A stretch of DNA of 64,000 bases from Mobula hypostoma. Taxonomy: Eukaryota. Where the stretch lies: positions 46,438,001 through 46,502,000 of the forward strand of contig NC_086107.1 of assembly GCF_963921235.1 (NCBI RefSeq), written 5' to 3'. This document shows, in pieces, positions 1 to 12,189 of the stretch. Positions within the stretch are counted from its first letter, which is position 1, and each line of letters begins with the position of its first letter. The notes beneath the pieces were generated by a model that was not told the origin of the DNA, searched no databases, and saw only the letters and a program-made list of their open reading frames with translations. The translations under genes and the position numbers were made by a program.

Positions 1-500
1 TGGCCACTGAGTGTATATTAATGATTTAGATGAGGAGGTAAGTGGCACGAGTAGTAAGTTTGTGGGCGACACCAAAATTAGTGTGGTGGACAGTAATGAA
101 GGTGGTCTAAGATTACCTCAGGAACTTAACCAACTAGCAAAATGAGCAAAGGAAAGTCAGGTGGAATTTAACTGGATAGAGTTTACACACATCTCTCAAG
201 TGCCCTTGCTTGTCTTTCAATTAGTTTTATGTTTATTTATTTGTTTGTTTCTTTAAATCTTAAATCCATCCCGCAATGTGAGGGAGTAAAAATCTCTGCG
301 TTGTTTGGAATTACAAAACATAACAGTGGTAGAATCAAGTACATTAGGGTAATTTAAGAAACTCTTCAGTAAGCACATGGATGACTGGAAAATGGAGAGC
401 TATGTAGGAGGGAAGGGTTAGATTGATCTTAGAATAGTTTACAAGATTGGTACAACATTGTAGGATGAAGGGCCTGTAGTGTGCTGTGGTGTTCTAGAGT
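1..500 (+). mobile_element. CR1-type LINE fragments (degenerate RT C-terminal part and 3' end)
   Basis: Degenerate RT-like text (INDLDEEV..SKFVGDTKI), then a CR1-like 3' UTR similar to other CR1 3' ends in the window. Confidence 0.6.
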
Positions 501-529
501 ATGTTTCATGTTTTATGTTTGAAGTCTGA

Positions 530-1200
530 GGTAATGCATTTTGAAAAGGTGCAGTACAAGAACAGTGAACGACAGGGACATGGGGATTGTTGTGGAATAG
601 AGAGGCCTAGAGGTACGAGTACATATAGTAGTTCCCTGAAAATGTCGACACAGGTACTGTATACTATATGACAAAGAAGGCATTGGGCGTGCCTTACTTC
701 AGCACATGGGGCATTGAGTACGAGAGTTCTGATGACCTGTTGCAGCTTTACCAAATATTAGTGAGACTGGTCCTGGAACTTATGTACCATTTGGTTGCCA
801 TAGTCTAGCAGGTATATGATAAGCAAGAAACAGCACCAAAAGAATTTGCAAAGATATTGCTAGGCCTGGAGGCAATTCATTAGGAGAAGCTGTAGAAGCC
901 GGAACTGTTTTCCCTGGAGTGAAGGAGTCTGAATTGTGACCTTATAGCTCAAAGGGCATGAATAAACCCATTGCCCTGGTTAGGGGAGTCTAAAACTACA
1001 GAGCATAGGTTTAAGTTCAGAGGAGGAAAAATTAATAGGGAACTGAGGTGCACGTTTTTCACACAGAGGGTTGTGGGTATATGAGTCAAGCTACTCGAGG
1101 GTACAATTACAATGTTTAAAAGACATTTGGACAGGCTCATGGATAGGAAAGGCTTAGAGGGATGTGGACCAAATGCAGACAAATAGAACTAACTCAGGAG
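530..1200 (+). mobile_element. CR1-type LINE 3' fragment (degenerate)
   Basis: Nucleotide similarity to the better preserved CR1 copies at 9661-10768 and 36226-37258 (ggttgtgggtatatg, atgtttaaaagacatttggacagg motifs). Confidence 0.7.
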
Positions 1201-1336
1201 GACATCTTGGTCATCACGTGCAAGAGGCTTTTTCCCTCTGATGTATATCTCTATGGCCCTTTGACTCCACTGTTCTGAAAGGACAGTCCAAACAACCTAT
1301 CCATAGAATAATAATACCCTGAAGGAATCCAATCGC

Positions 1337-3133
1337 AAACAAGAGGAAATCTGCAGATGCTGGAAATCCGAGCAACACACGCAAAATGCTGGAGGAACAG
1401 AGTAGGCCAGGCAGCATCTATGGAAAAAAGTACAGTCGATATTTTGGGACGAGACCCTTCGGCAGGACTGGAGAAGAAAAGCTGAGGACTGGATTTAAAA
1501 CATTGGGGAGGGGAGAGAGACACACAAGGTGATAGGTGGAACCTGAAGGGGGAGGGATGAAGTAAAGAGCTGGGAAGTTGATTGTTGAAAGAGATACAGG
1601 GCTGAAGAAGGGGGAGTCTTATAGAACAGCCGGCCATTGAAGAAAGAAGAGGAAGGAGGAGCACCACAGGGAGGCAATGGGCGGGAGAGGAGATAAGGTA
1701 AGAGAGGGAAAAGGGGATGGGGAAAGGTGAAGGGGGGGCATTACTGGAAGTTCGAGAAATTGAAGTTTCTGCCATCAGGTTAGAGGCTACTCAGACAGAA
1801 TATAGGGTGTTGTTCCTCCAACATAAATGTGGCGTCATGACGACAGTGGAGGTGGCCATGGATGGACATATCGGAATGGGAATGGGTCGTGGTATTATAA
1901 CGGTTGGCGACCGGAAGATCCCGCTTCTACTGGCGGACGGACCGTAGGTGCTCGGTGAAACCCTCCCAATCTACGTCGGGTCTCAACAATATACAGGAGG
2001 CCACACTGGGAGCATCATACACAGTATATGACCCCAACAGACTCACAGATGAAGTGTCACCTTCACTGGAAGGACTGATTGAGGCCCTGAATGGTAGTGA
2101 GGGAAGAGGTGTAGGGGCAGGTGTAGCACTTGTTCTACTTGCAAGAATAATTACCAGGAGGAAGATCAGTAGAGAGGGACGAATGGGCAAAGGATTCGTT
2201 TTGGGAATGACCCCTGTGGAAAGCAGAAAGTGGGGAGTGGAAAGATGTTTTTGGTGGTGGGATCCCATTGGAGATGGTGGAAGTTATGGGGTATTATGTT
2301 CTGGATGCGGAGACTGGTGGGGTGGTAGGTAAGGACAAAAGGAACCCTATCTCTGGTACGGTGGCAGCAGGAAGGGGTGACAGCAGATGTGCATGAAATG
2401 GAGGAGATGCGGTTGTGGGTAGCGTTGATGGTGGAGGAAGGGAAGCCCCTTTCTTTGAAGAAGGAGGACATCTCCTACATTCTGGAATGAAAAGCCTCAT
2501 CCTGAGAGCAGATGTGGCAGAGATGGAGGAATTGAGAGAAGGGGATGGTGTTTTTACAAGTAACAGGATGGGAGGAGGTATAGTCCAGGTAGCTGTGAGA
2601 GTCCATGGGTTTGTAACAGACATGAGTAGATAAGCTGTCTCCAGAGACAGAGACAGGAGAGATGAAGAAAGAGGAGCGAGGTGTCAGAAGTGGGCGAGGT
2701 AAATTTCAGGGCAGGGTGGAAATTGGAGGCAAAATGAATGAAGTCAACAAGTTCAGCATGGGTGCAGGAAACAGCACCAATGCCGTCATCAGTGTAGCGT
2801 AGGAAAAGTCCCTCCCCACTGATCTCCCTCCTGGCACTTATCCTTGCAAACAGAACAAGTGCTACACCTGCCCCTACACCTCGTCCCTCACTACCATTCA
2901 GGGGCCCAAACAGTCCTTCCAGGGGAGGTGAGACTTCACCTGTGAGTCTGTTGGGTCATATACTGTGCCTGGTGCTCCTGGTGTGGCCTCATTTATATCG
3001 GTGAGATCCGATGTACATTGGGAGTCCGCTTCACCGAGCACTTAGGCTCCATCCACCAGAAAAAGTGGCATCTCTCAGTGGCCACCCATATTAATTCCAC
3101 TTCCCATTCCCATTCCGATATGTCCATGACACC
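1337..3133 (-). mobile_element. Penelope-like retroelement fragment (RT thumb/linker + GIY-YIG) with an inverted terminal segment
   Basis: Minus-strand ORFs SFFKERGFPSSTINATHNRISSIS..RDRVPFVLTYHPTSLRIQNII and a GIY-YIG remnant ending EHLRSVRQ; 2815-3129 is the reverse complement of 1856-2170. Confidence 0.8.
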
Positions 3134-3619
3134 TACAGTAGCATAAGGAAAGCAGCATATTTTTATTGTGATTCCTCCTACTACTCAGCCATGGTCCCTT
3201 TTTAATATCTGCTGATGCAGAACAGCAGAAGACAGCAGAAAGAAAATCAGAGGGTGATTGGATTTCATTCACACTGGTCACAGGCCTCCATTCTGAAACA
3301 CAGCCACCCACTAACATTCCCCCTGATGTAGGGCTTAGACCCAAGATGTTGACAATTCCTTTTCTACCACAGATACTGCTCGACCCTCTGAGTTCTTCCT
3401 GCAGATTGTTTGTTAGTCCCCATTAGTAACCTCTGCTTCCTTCCATCAAACCAATTTTGTAACCAGTTAGCTGCCTTGTCCTGAACCTTCGTAATTTCAC
3501 TATCCAGACAAATCTACCATGTTTGAACAACAGATGGTTTAAGCATTCATCATGTATTCTTCCATCTATTTGTGATATTAAAGCTAATCAATGACTTACT
3601 ACTTTAACTTATTTTAAAG

Positions 3620-3958
3620 GTGCTTTGGAATTGGAGATATTTTCCTCTCCACTGGAAGTTTCAGTAAATGAAGATGTTCTTCTAAAATGCATATACAGTA
3701 AACCAGAACATGATCTCAGCCATGTAGCTGTTCAATGGTCTTATAAATCTCAAACATCTCAGAAGGAACTGTATATATTTAATGGAGGGAATCATCAACC
3801 TAACAGAAGAGGTGCACAGATTTTTGAAGATGCATTACAGAATGGAAATGCTTCACTTTACCTCCCGAAAGTACAACTTAATGAAGAAGGAAATTATACC
3901 TGCACTGTTTATCTCACCCCAAATAAAGTTGAAAAGACTTCAAAGATGCTTGTTTCAG
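3620..3958 (+). CDS. NCR3LG1-like: Ig V-set exon of a B7-family / NCR3LG1(B7-H6)-like receptor or ligand
   Basis: ttttaaag acceptor, 339 nt, phase 1-1, gtaag donor; EDVLLKC..VAVQW..GNASLYLPKVQLNEEGNYTCTVYLTP has the canonical V-set C-W-C and resembles the B7-H6 family DASL.L..V.L..EG.Y.C.V..TP motif; family-level assignment only. Confidence 0.9.
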
Positions 3959-4654
3959 GTAAGAAAAGGATCTTTCACTTTGCTCATTAATAACATTATT
4001 AGTCATGTTTATTTGCTGATGACTTTGCAACGTAAACAACCAGATCCCGTGTTGTCTGCTACCAGAAGTGTCTGTGAATACGGAATGAGAGTTGCAATTA
4101 CTGATATCAGTCAGATTCATTCTGCACAGGCATCCCAAGGAAAGGAATTGCTGTCTGTCTTGCTCTTTTCTTCTTTCTTCTCTTCCTTCTTGTCCTTCCT
4201 TTGATCTTCTTGTTCTTCTCCCTCAACTGATTGTTATGTTGCATTTGATAAAGTTTGGCTCTAAAAAGTAACAATCTTATGTAGTGTGCAGTAGACCATC
4301 ACTAATTTTGACGCCCAGTCATATCTTGTAGAACAGTTCAAGTGATGGAGGTGTTAGTCCAGTAGGCCACTGGGCCACTCCATCATGCTTCACGTGAAGC
4401 ATATACGTTATATTTTTATGGTGATCGCATGTGCTTGGATTGTGCGTCACAGCTATCTGGCCTTGGAGCCAGCCTTTTATCTACTGTGGCAACTCAAATA
4501 AAGAAAGCTTTCTGCAATGACACACACTGAAGGCTTCATATCTGGTGCTTGTTCTGGAGGTCATGGGCCAGTTAGATCTGTTCAAATGTGAGCTTTGGCT
4601 AATGAGTGGAATTCCAATTTTGTAACCTTAGAATTGAATCACCTTTTCACACTG

Positions 4655-5190
4655 ACATGCAACAATTGAGGAAGTTTGGTATGGGCCCACAGATCCTAAG
4701 AACTTTCTATAAGGGCACATTTGAGAGCATCCTGACTGGCTGCATCACTGCCTGGTGTGGGAATTGTATCTCTCTTAATCACAGGATTCTGCAAAGAATG
4801 GTGTGGACAGCCCAGCACATCTGTAGTTGTGAACTTGCCATGATTCAGGACATTTACAAAGACAGGTGTGAAAAAAAGGGCCAAAAGGATCATTGGGGAC
4901 CCGAGTCACCCCAACCACAATCTATTCCAGCTGCTATTATCCAGGAAATGGTACCAGAGCATGAAAGCCAGGACCAACATGCTCCGAGACAGCTTCTTCC
5001 ACCAGGTCATCAGGCTGATTAACTCACACTGATCTGAGTGTATTTCTATGTTACATTGACTGTTCTATTTATTATAAATTAATATTGCACATAGTACATT
5101 CAGACGGAGACGTAACGTAAAGATTTTTACTCCTCATGTATGTGAAGGATGTAAGAAAAAAAATCAATTCAATTCAATTCCATTCAATAA
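4655..5190 (+). mobile_element. Rex/L2-type LINE 3' fragment
   Basis: ORF LRKFGMGPQILRTFYKGTFESILTGCITAWCG, typical of the RT C-terminus; (AATTC)n tail at about 5163-5190. Confidence 0.75.
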
Positions 5191-5846
5191 TGTCAGACCC
5201 TCTTTTTTCTGCATACTTAAGGTAGATCTAAGTGTGTAAACATCAGAATGCTTTCCCATAGTGAATAATTTCAATTCAGAATTCCTTGGGAAATTGCAGT
5301 GCGTTAGAGTGTCTACATAAATGCATGTTCATTCTTTTTAATTAATACCTTTCTCTATAACGATTGTATTGTTGTATTTGGGGATTGGCCCCTCCCATCC
5401 TTGGACTGCTGAGAACTGCCTGTCCATACCAGCAACACTATTTATAGGACATGTCACTCAGGGACGTGAGCTCTCTCTATATATATTTTTGTGTGACTGT
5501 ATGTTTACTGCTATCTATATGTGCCGTATGTGCCTTGTGTTGTGCATGACTGTTTGTATTGTGTTTTGTGCCTTGATCTCAGAGGAATACTGTTTCATTT
5601 TGCTGTTTTCATGGGTACTCATGTATGGATGAATGATAATTAAATGACGTAGACACTCCACCGCATTTTTAACAGTTAAAGTAAAAAAAGTAAGAAATAC
5701 GTAAATAAACAAAAAGAACAACAGCTTAAAGCCTGAATGCATAGAATATAGTTTTCTGGTCCCTCATTGCTGATGTCAGTAAACTCTAACTAGAGTACTT
5801 GATAATATATATTAATCATGAACTTATTCTGTTCTCTCTTCCACAG

Positions 5847-6143
5847 TCAAACCAAAAGTCAATGTATTTATGCAAAAAGAGGAGAACTTTGCAATATGTG
5901 AAGTAAAGGAATTTTATCCAAAGGAAATTACAGTCAGTTGGTTAAAAGTACTAAATGAAAAAGTGGAAGTTATTTCAAAAAATCAGTCTATTGATGATAT
6001 CGTTATGGACAAAAGTGGGACATTTAGTCTTACCACTAAAGTAAGAGTAGAATCGATGGTGAGTAGTTCTGCCAAGTACATCTGTACAGTGAAGCACAAA
6101 GAGTTCCATGGAAATTTTACACTGGCAAGCAACATGGCTAAAG
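5847..6143 (+). CDS. NCR3LG1-like: Ig C1-set exon of the same gene
   Basis: ctctcttccacag acceptor, 297 nt, phase 1-1, gtaag donor; KPKVNV..AICEVKEFYPKEITVSW..GTFSLTT..YICTVKH is the C1-set signature. Confidence 0.92.
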
Positions 6144-6637
6144 GTAAGATCCAATTGGAAAAGTATACAGAATATATTTCTAATATGTTGCCCCGCAATA
6201 TTCAAGCTTCCCTGATAATCCTCAGATATGCAGATTGACCGTGGAGCAAATATTATTATCAGCTCAACCAGCAATCACATTGTTTATACAGAAGATGTGA
6301 AAATGAGTAATTTGAGATTGATTCTAATTTGCCTCTAATTGAAAAATCCAAAGAGATAGAAATATTTTTAGGTATATGCTTCAGCTGATAAAAATGTAGT
6401 ACAGAAACAATTAGAATTAGCCCAAATACACATGTAACATTCATTCATAAAGGTGTCAATCTTCAGCTATTTCACATCTTGAAAATAAATATAATGCATA
6501 TGATTTGTATCACTAATTCATGCAGGGGATATATCAAACTGATAAGTCGAATAAGTTAGTAATACATTCTCATGAATATTATAAATTACATAGTTTATTC
6601 ATTTTTCAAGTTTTCAAAAACGTGCTTGTTTTAACAG

Positions 6638-6739
6638 AACAAGAACAAAGTAAGCTGACTGGTGGAATTATCTTTGGCATTATCATGCTACTTTGTGTTC
6701 TGGGTTTTGGAATTTGTATCTGGAAGAAAAAATCTAAAG
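6638..6739 (+). CDS. NCR3LG1-like: Transmembrane exon
   Basis: ttttaacag acceptor, 102 nt, phase 1-1, gtaacg donor; EQEQSKLTGGIIFGIIMLLCVLGFGICIWKKKSK is a hydrophobic helix followed by a basic stop-transfer segment. Confidence 0.9.
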
Positions 6740-7085
6740 GTAACGCTTTTCTCGGTTTATAAACGTCAACTAGAGTATGAAAAATAAAATGGTTAATTAT
6801 CTGTTGATAATTTATTAAAATCTATTTGTTATCTGGAGCTTAACTCAAAGTTGAAATTATAGTGATTTCTTAAAATTTAATCAGAATTAGAAGACTTTTT
6901 TCTCTCTTCTACAATATCATCCACTAGTCTTATTATGATTCTCACGGATTAACATTTTCATCACAATTTTCAATTTGGTTTTGAATGAACTATTAACAGG
7001 TTACTGATGCCATCTTAGTGATTTAAACAAAAGTCACTAGTATTCTGATAATTAAACTCTAATTAAATTAGGTAAACCTATCTGA

Positions 7086-7126
7086 AATATTGGAACACAC
7101 ATCAAAGTTGCTGGTGAATATTGGAA
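7086..7126 (+). mobile_element. 21-bp Penelope-terminus micro-insertion between 10-bp direct repeats
   Basis: aatattggaa-cacacatcaaagttgctggtg-aatattggaa; the insert matches the element end at about 63826-63850. Confidence 0.7.
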
Positions 7127-7369
7127 TGTATACATTAATTGTGGACACATCATTTTGTATTTTAAATTCAGACACAATAATCAATAATTACTTTTACTTT
7201 GTTACTTCATAAGCAGTGCCTTGGGGTCAAGGATGACTTACTGCCCTCTGATTTTGTGCTTTCTGAGTTTTGTGGCGCGCCATATTCTTTTGCACTCCAA
7301 ATATTAAAGATTGAACTGCTTTAACCATTTGTAATAAGAAACCCTTTCATTCCAGATATTCACATAGTC

Positions 7370-7750
7370 AATCTCTTCTGGGCTACCTCCAATGCTAGGA
7401 AGTCTTTTTTCAGTCTTCCAGGTGTAGCCTCACCAATTCTTTATATTCTGTAATAATAGTCTGTGTTTCTAAACTTCTTGGTAACAAAGACCGATATGCC
7501 ACTTGCCTTTCTCACTTTTGTTGCACCTGCCTGCTAACTTCATGCTGTTTGTGCTCAGGAACACCTGGATCCCTCTATACTCCCCCAGTTGTAAACTCTC
7601 TCCATTCAAATCAGAGCCCTCCTTTTGATTCCTCTTGTCAAAATGCATGATTTCAGAAGTGCCCACATTAAACATCATTTCCCTTGTTTTCACTCATTTA
7701 CTTAACTTATCCGTCTCCTACTGCTGAGTCCAAACATTCCCATCAGAGAT
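7370..7750 (-). mobile_element. CR1-type LINE RT fragment
   Basis: Minus ORF FNVGTSEIMHFDKRNQK..LNGESLQLGE matches the CR1 RT C-terminal region. Confidence 0.7.
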
Positions 7751-8420
7751 ACAAGAGATTCTGGAGATGCTGAAAACCCAGAGTAACACACACAAAATGC
7801 TGAAGGAACTCAGCTGGTCACACATCAACCATGCAGAAGAATAAACAGCTGATGTTTGGAACAAGAATGACTTATCAGGACTGGAAAGAGAGGGGATAGA
7901 AGCTAGAATAAGTGGGGAAGAGAAGGAATAGAAGCTAGCAGGTGATAAACAAAAGATGCCAGGTGAGGGGGGAAGTTTAGTGGATCAGTGAAGTGTGAAT
8001 CTGGGAGATGGTATGTGGAAAAGGTAAAGAAGAAAAGAAGGATAATGGATCACGGGAGAAGGAGGAGGACGGGCACCAGAGGGAGTTGAGGAGAAGAAAT
8101 GGGATAAGCGAGGAGTCCGATTGGGGAATGGAAGCAAAGAGAAGGAGACGAGGAGAAATTAGTGGAAGTTAGGGAATTCAAGTTCATGTTCTCAGGTTGG
8201 AGACTCCTCCGATGGATATGAGGTGTTGCTCCTCCAACCTTAGACTGGCCTCATTGAGGCAGTAGAGGAGGCCATTAATCAACATGTTGAAATGGGAATG
8301 GGGAGTAGAACTAAAATGGTGGCCACCAGGAAAACCAGCCTGTTGTGGCAGTCAGAACGAACCTCCAATATACATCAGCTCTCATTGATATAGAGGAGGC
8401 CACACTGTGTTTCTCATCAC
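7750..8420 (-). mobile_element. Penelope-like element fragment
   Basis: Similar to 1337-2100 (gagattctggagatgctg, cacacacaaaatgctg, aatgggaatgggagtagaac). Confidence 0.7.
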
Positions 8421-8479
8421 AACATATCTACCTTCATATGTCTACCTTCATATTAAAGACAAACTTGAATAACTCAGTG

Positions 8480-9000
8480 TTCCCTTCATTAAATTATCAG
8501 ATGGTAGATATAAATAACACCCCACTATTTCACATTTCTCTGTTAAGCTTTGGATGAACATTTATTTTGTCTGGTTCTATTTTTTTAAAACAAGACACAG
8601 TACATTCAGCTAATATTGCGTAAATTTAATACAAATTAAATAAAGTCAACATAATGTTGGAAAGTAATCAATAATGGTGATGAAAACATTCAATATTTTA
8701 CTATGCAAATACAATTTTCAATACTTGCTTCCTGTTTACTACACTTGGGTGGAGAAAACCTTCCCACTAAACAGTTATCAAATATTATTTTAGATCTAAT
8801 AAAATACCATTTATAATCTAATTGCAAGCCTTTAGTCTGTTTTATGTATGAAATGCACATAAAAAGTTTTTGGATATCCTTTAAGCTGTTTACACCTATT
8901 TCAAGGGAATATCTCACCACTCAGCAAATGGGATCAAACAGTTCAATATACAAATAACCTCAGCTGAATTATCATCTTCTGTGTGTGAGACTACACAATA
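8480..9000. repeat. Local duplication segment X, copy 1 (paralog of about 15620-16135)
   Basis: Shared sequence such as cacttgggtgg..attattttagatctaataaaataccattta..gcctttagt..gaaatgcacataaa..aaatgggatcaaa. Confidence 0.85.
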
Positions 9001-9660
9001 TTCACCCCTTCAATATGCTATTTTATACATCCAGGATATTTCAAACTGGACACCAGACAGTTATCCATTGGGAGAAGCTGCTGCAGCTTCTAAACTAACC
9101 AATCACAATGGAATCGACTTTCGACAATCAGAATAAGGCTCAACCCCACAGGACACTCCATCCTTCGAAAGTTCCAAATGTGATGATCCAACTCTCAGAC
9201 TAGTATGACTCTCAAGGACTCCTAAGTTATATATAAACCACAAAGGCACAATACTCAGAACTGTAAACCCAGTAGTCACTTCCAGTGTACTATAGTACTC
9301 CATCAGCCCCCCCTGTGCCACAAAAGTCCACCAGCCCCACCCTGGAGTGTAATAGCCAATAAGCTGGACCCCACTTCCTTTTATACATGGACTCTGAGGT
9401 ATGATCTACCAGGTGAGTGATGTTCACCAACCCATCAGGAATGTAGGTGCTGCATTCTTAACCAATAACTGGACAAATGCCACCTTCCCTTGTGATCAGG
9501 TAATCCATCAAAATCAGTTCCTGGGACAGTCTGGTCATGCCATGCTGAGAAAGACTATCATTCAAAATATCCTTCCTTCGTCATAGCTTTCTTACTGACC
9601 AGCATGGGCAAGGTGCTCATCCAGGTAACTGGGGTGGCATATAAATGGCACCACATATCA

Positions 9661-10768
9661 ATGGTTGGCAGATAGAAAGCAAAGGGTAGCAGTGAATGGG
9701 TGTTTCTCGGAATGGCAGGTGGTGACTAGTGGGGTGCCACAGGGCTCAGTATTGGGACCACAGCTGTTTACGATTTACGTCAATGATTTTGCGGAAGGCA
9801 TTGTGAATAACATCAGCAAGTTTGCTGATGATACTAAGCTGGGTTGCAGTGTGTCTTGTGATGAGGATGTTAGGAGAATTCAAGGTGATTTGGATAGGCT
9901 GGGTGACTGGGCAGAAACTTGGCAGATGGCGTTTAATGTGAATAAGTGTGAGGTTATTCCTTTGGGACCAGAACAGGAAGGCAGATTATTATCTGAACGG
10001 TGTGGAGTTAGGTAAGGGAGAAATACAAAGAGACCTAGGAGTACTTGTTCATCAGTCTCTGAAGGTGAATGAGCAAGTGCAGCAGGCAGTGAAGAAGGCT
10101 AATGGAATATTGGCCTTTATTACAAAGAGAATTGAGTACAAGAGCAAAGAAATCCTTTTGCATTTGTACAGGGCCCTGGTGAGACCACACCTGGAGTATT
10201 GTGTGCAGTTTTGGTTTCCAGGGTTAAGGAAGGACATCCTGGTTGTGGAGGAGGTGCAGCATAGGTTCACTAGCTTAATTCCTGGGACGTCCGGACTGTC
10301 TTACGCAGAGAGGTTAGAGAGACTGGGCTTGTACATGCTGGAATTAAGGAGATTGAGGGAGGATCCGATTGAGACATATAAGATTATTAAGGGATTGGAC
10401 AAGATAGAGGCAGGAAATATGTTCCAGATGCTGGGAGAGTCCAGTACCAGAGGGCATGGTTTAAGAATAAGGGGTAGGTCATTTAGGGCAGAGTTGAGGA
10501 GGAACTTCTTCTCCCAGAGAGTTGTGGAGGTGTGGAACGTGCTGCCTCAGAAGGTAGTGGAGGCCAATTCTCTGGATGCTTTCAAGAAGGAGCTAGATAG
10601 GTATCTTATGGATAGGGGAATCAAGGGTTATGGGGACAAGGCAGGAACCGGGTATTGATAGTAGATAATCAGCCATGATCTCAGAATGGCGGTGCAGGCT
10701 CAAAGGGCCGAATGGTCTACTTCTGCACTTATTGCCTATTGTCTATTGTCTCTTGTCTAATCACACCA
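9661..10768 (+). mobile_element. CR1-type LINE, 5'-truncated RT C-terminus + 3' UTR + (CTATTGT)n tail
   Basis: ORFs [28 protein letters not shown] and RPHLEYCVQFW; frameshifted. Confidence 0.92.
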
Positions 10769-12189
10769 CCCTATCGCAACCACAGGTAGGCTTGGGACTG
10801 CATATCCAGGAAGTACCATTCAGCATCCAACCAGTGCCCAGCTTCACAACACCATTTGGCATAGACACAGCTGTCCAAGGATACTGTTCCTTCTCACACT
10901 TGCCATCCACCTTGCACCTTGTTCCAGTACTCAACATACCACCTACACCAACTGTCAGCTGGGGAAATCACTAAGAGTCAGGACATTCTAATTATACAAA
11001 TGGTACACAGGGATAGACCAGCCCCTAAAGCATTCACTCCACCAAGGCTATTGAGGCTCAAGTCTCTTTAAGTCTGTTACCACACTCTGGGTCAGGGTTT
11101 GGCTGGAAGACTACCCCTGCCAGCTCCCCCAAAACAGAGTACAAAAACCCGAGAAGCCAGATAATACCCTCACAGTCTTTTCCCTTTCAAAAGGATATCA
11201 GTGGCTCCCCTTCCTTGATGAGGTAAGGAGTCTTCATACAAATTTAGCAATCTGACTGTTAATCCAGTGTGCAAATTCAATCACCATCCCCAGAAATGTA
11301 CCACAAGATCTCCCACCACAAATCACCATCCAACACTTTGCCATTCTGTAATGCAAGGAGATACAAATGCACTGCTCCTGATTAGCCACTGTATATTTAG
11401 AAAATACAACAATAGTACTACAAGAATTGGTCCCCAAGTGCTAAATTTTCTCTGAAATGTGGCCATCTGATATCCAGAATAAAGTTGCCCAAATTTCTAC
11501 TAAATTTCAACTCAAATTTCATACAGCCAGTATGAAATGGGTCACCCTAAACCAATAATATGGGGAAACAAGTAACGAGGTAACATATTAAGACACAGTA
11601 AACATGCAACAGATTTAGAAAAGAAGAAAGGAAGTAACTGACTAAATGGAATCAAGAAACAGAGTAACTGATTAAATGCAAAGCACAAATCTGTCAGTAC
11701 CTCCAGTTGAACTCTGTCTTTTTGTGTGTTTCCCCCTAGCTGTCAGTCTGTGGTTTCGTATTGCCATGTGTTCCTGTCGCCACTCCTGCTCTACTCTGAC
11801 CCCTCTATTACGGACTACTCCATCTGTTCCTCATTATTACTTGTATTACTGTCACATGTGCCTCATTGTGCTCCACCTATCATCTGCCTCTCTGTTTATT
11901 GCTCCGTGTAATTCAGTTCTGTTAATTTTCCTGAACCTTTCCAGCATTCGTATTTATACTCTGTCTGTCTGAATATAAATTCTGCCTGTTTCCCTATTCT
12001 ACATTTTTTGGATTTCTCTGGGTCTTTTGATCTCTGCCTGAACTTTGACGCTGACTTTGTTTGCACCTTGGGATTTGTTACACAGTTAATATCACTGTTT
12101 GTACAGTACCGGGTCTACGATTAGATCCCTGCTCCAGTGCCCTGACAAAATCCCAGGCTGTACTCCTCTTCTTTAAAACTTCCCATGGA

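Noticed and set aside
3189-3253. Possible 65-nt exon upstream of the V exon (tactactcag..GAGG|gtgatt)
   Set aside because: Weak donor, hydrophilic peptide rather than a signal peptide, and asymmetric phase. The leader exon was not identified and probably lies upstream of the window.
9000-11620. Possible LTR-like element interrupted by the CR1 at 9661-10768
   Set aside because: Composition is repeat-like, but I could not find TG..CA termini, a TSD or a second copy.
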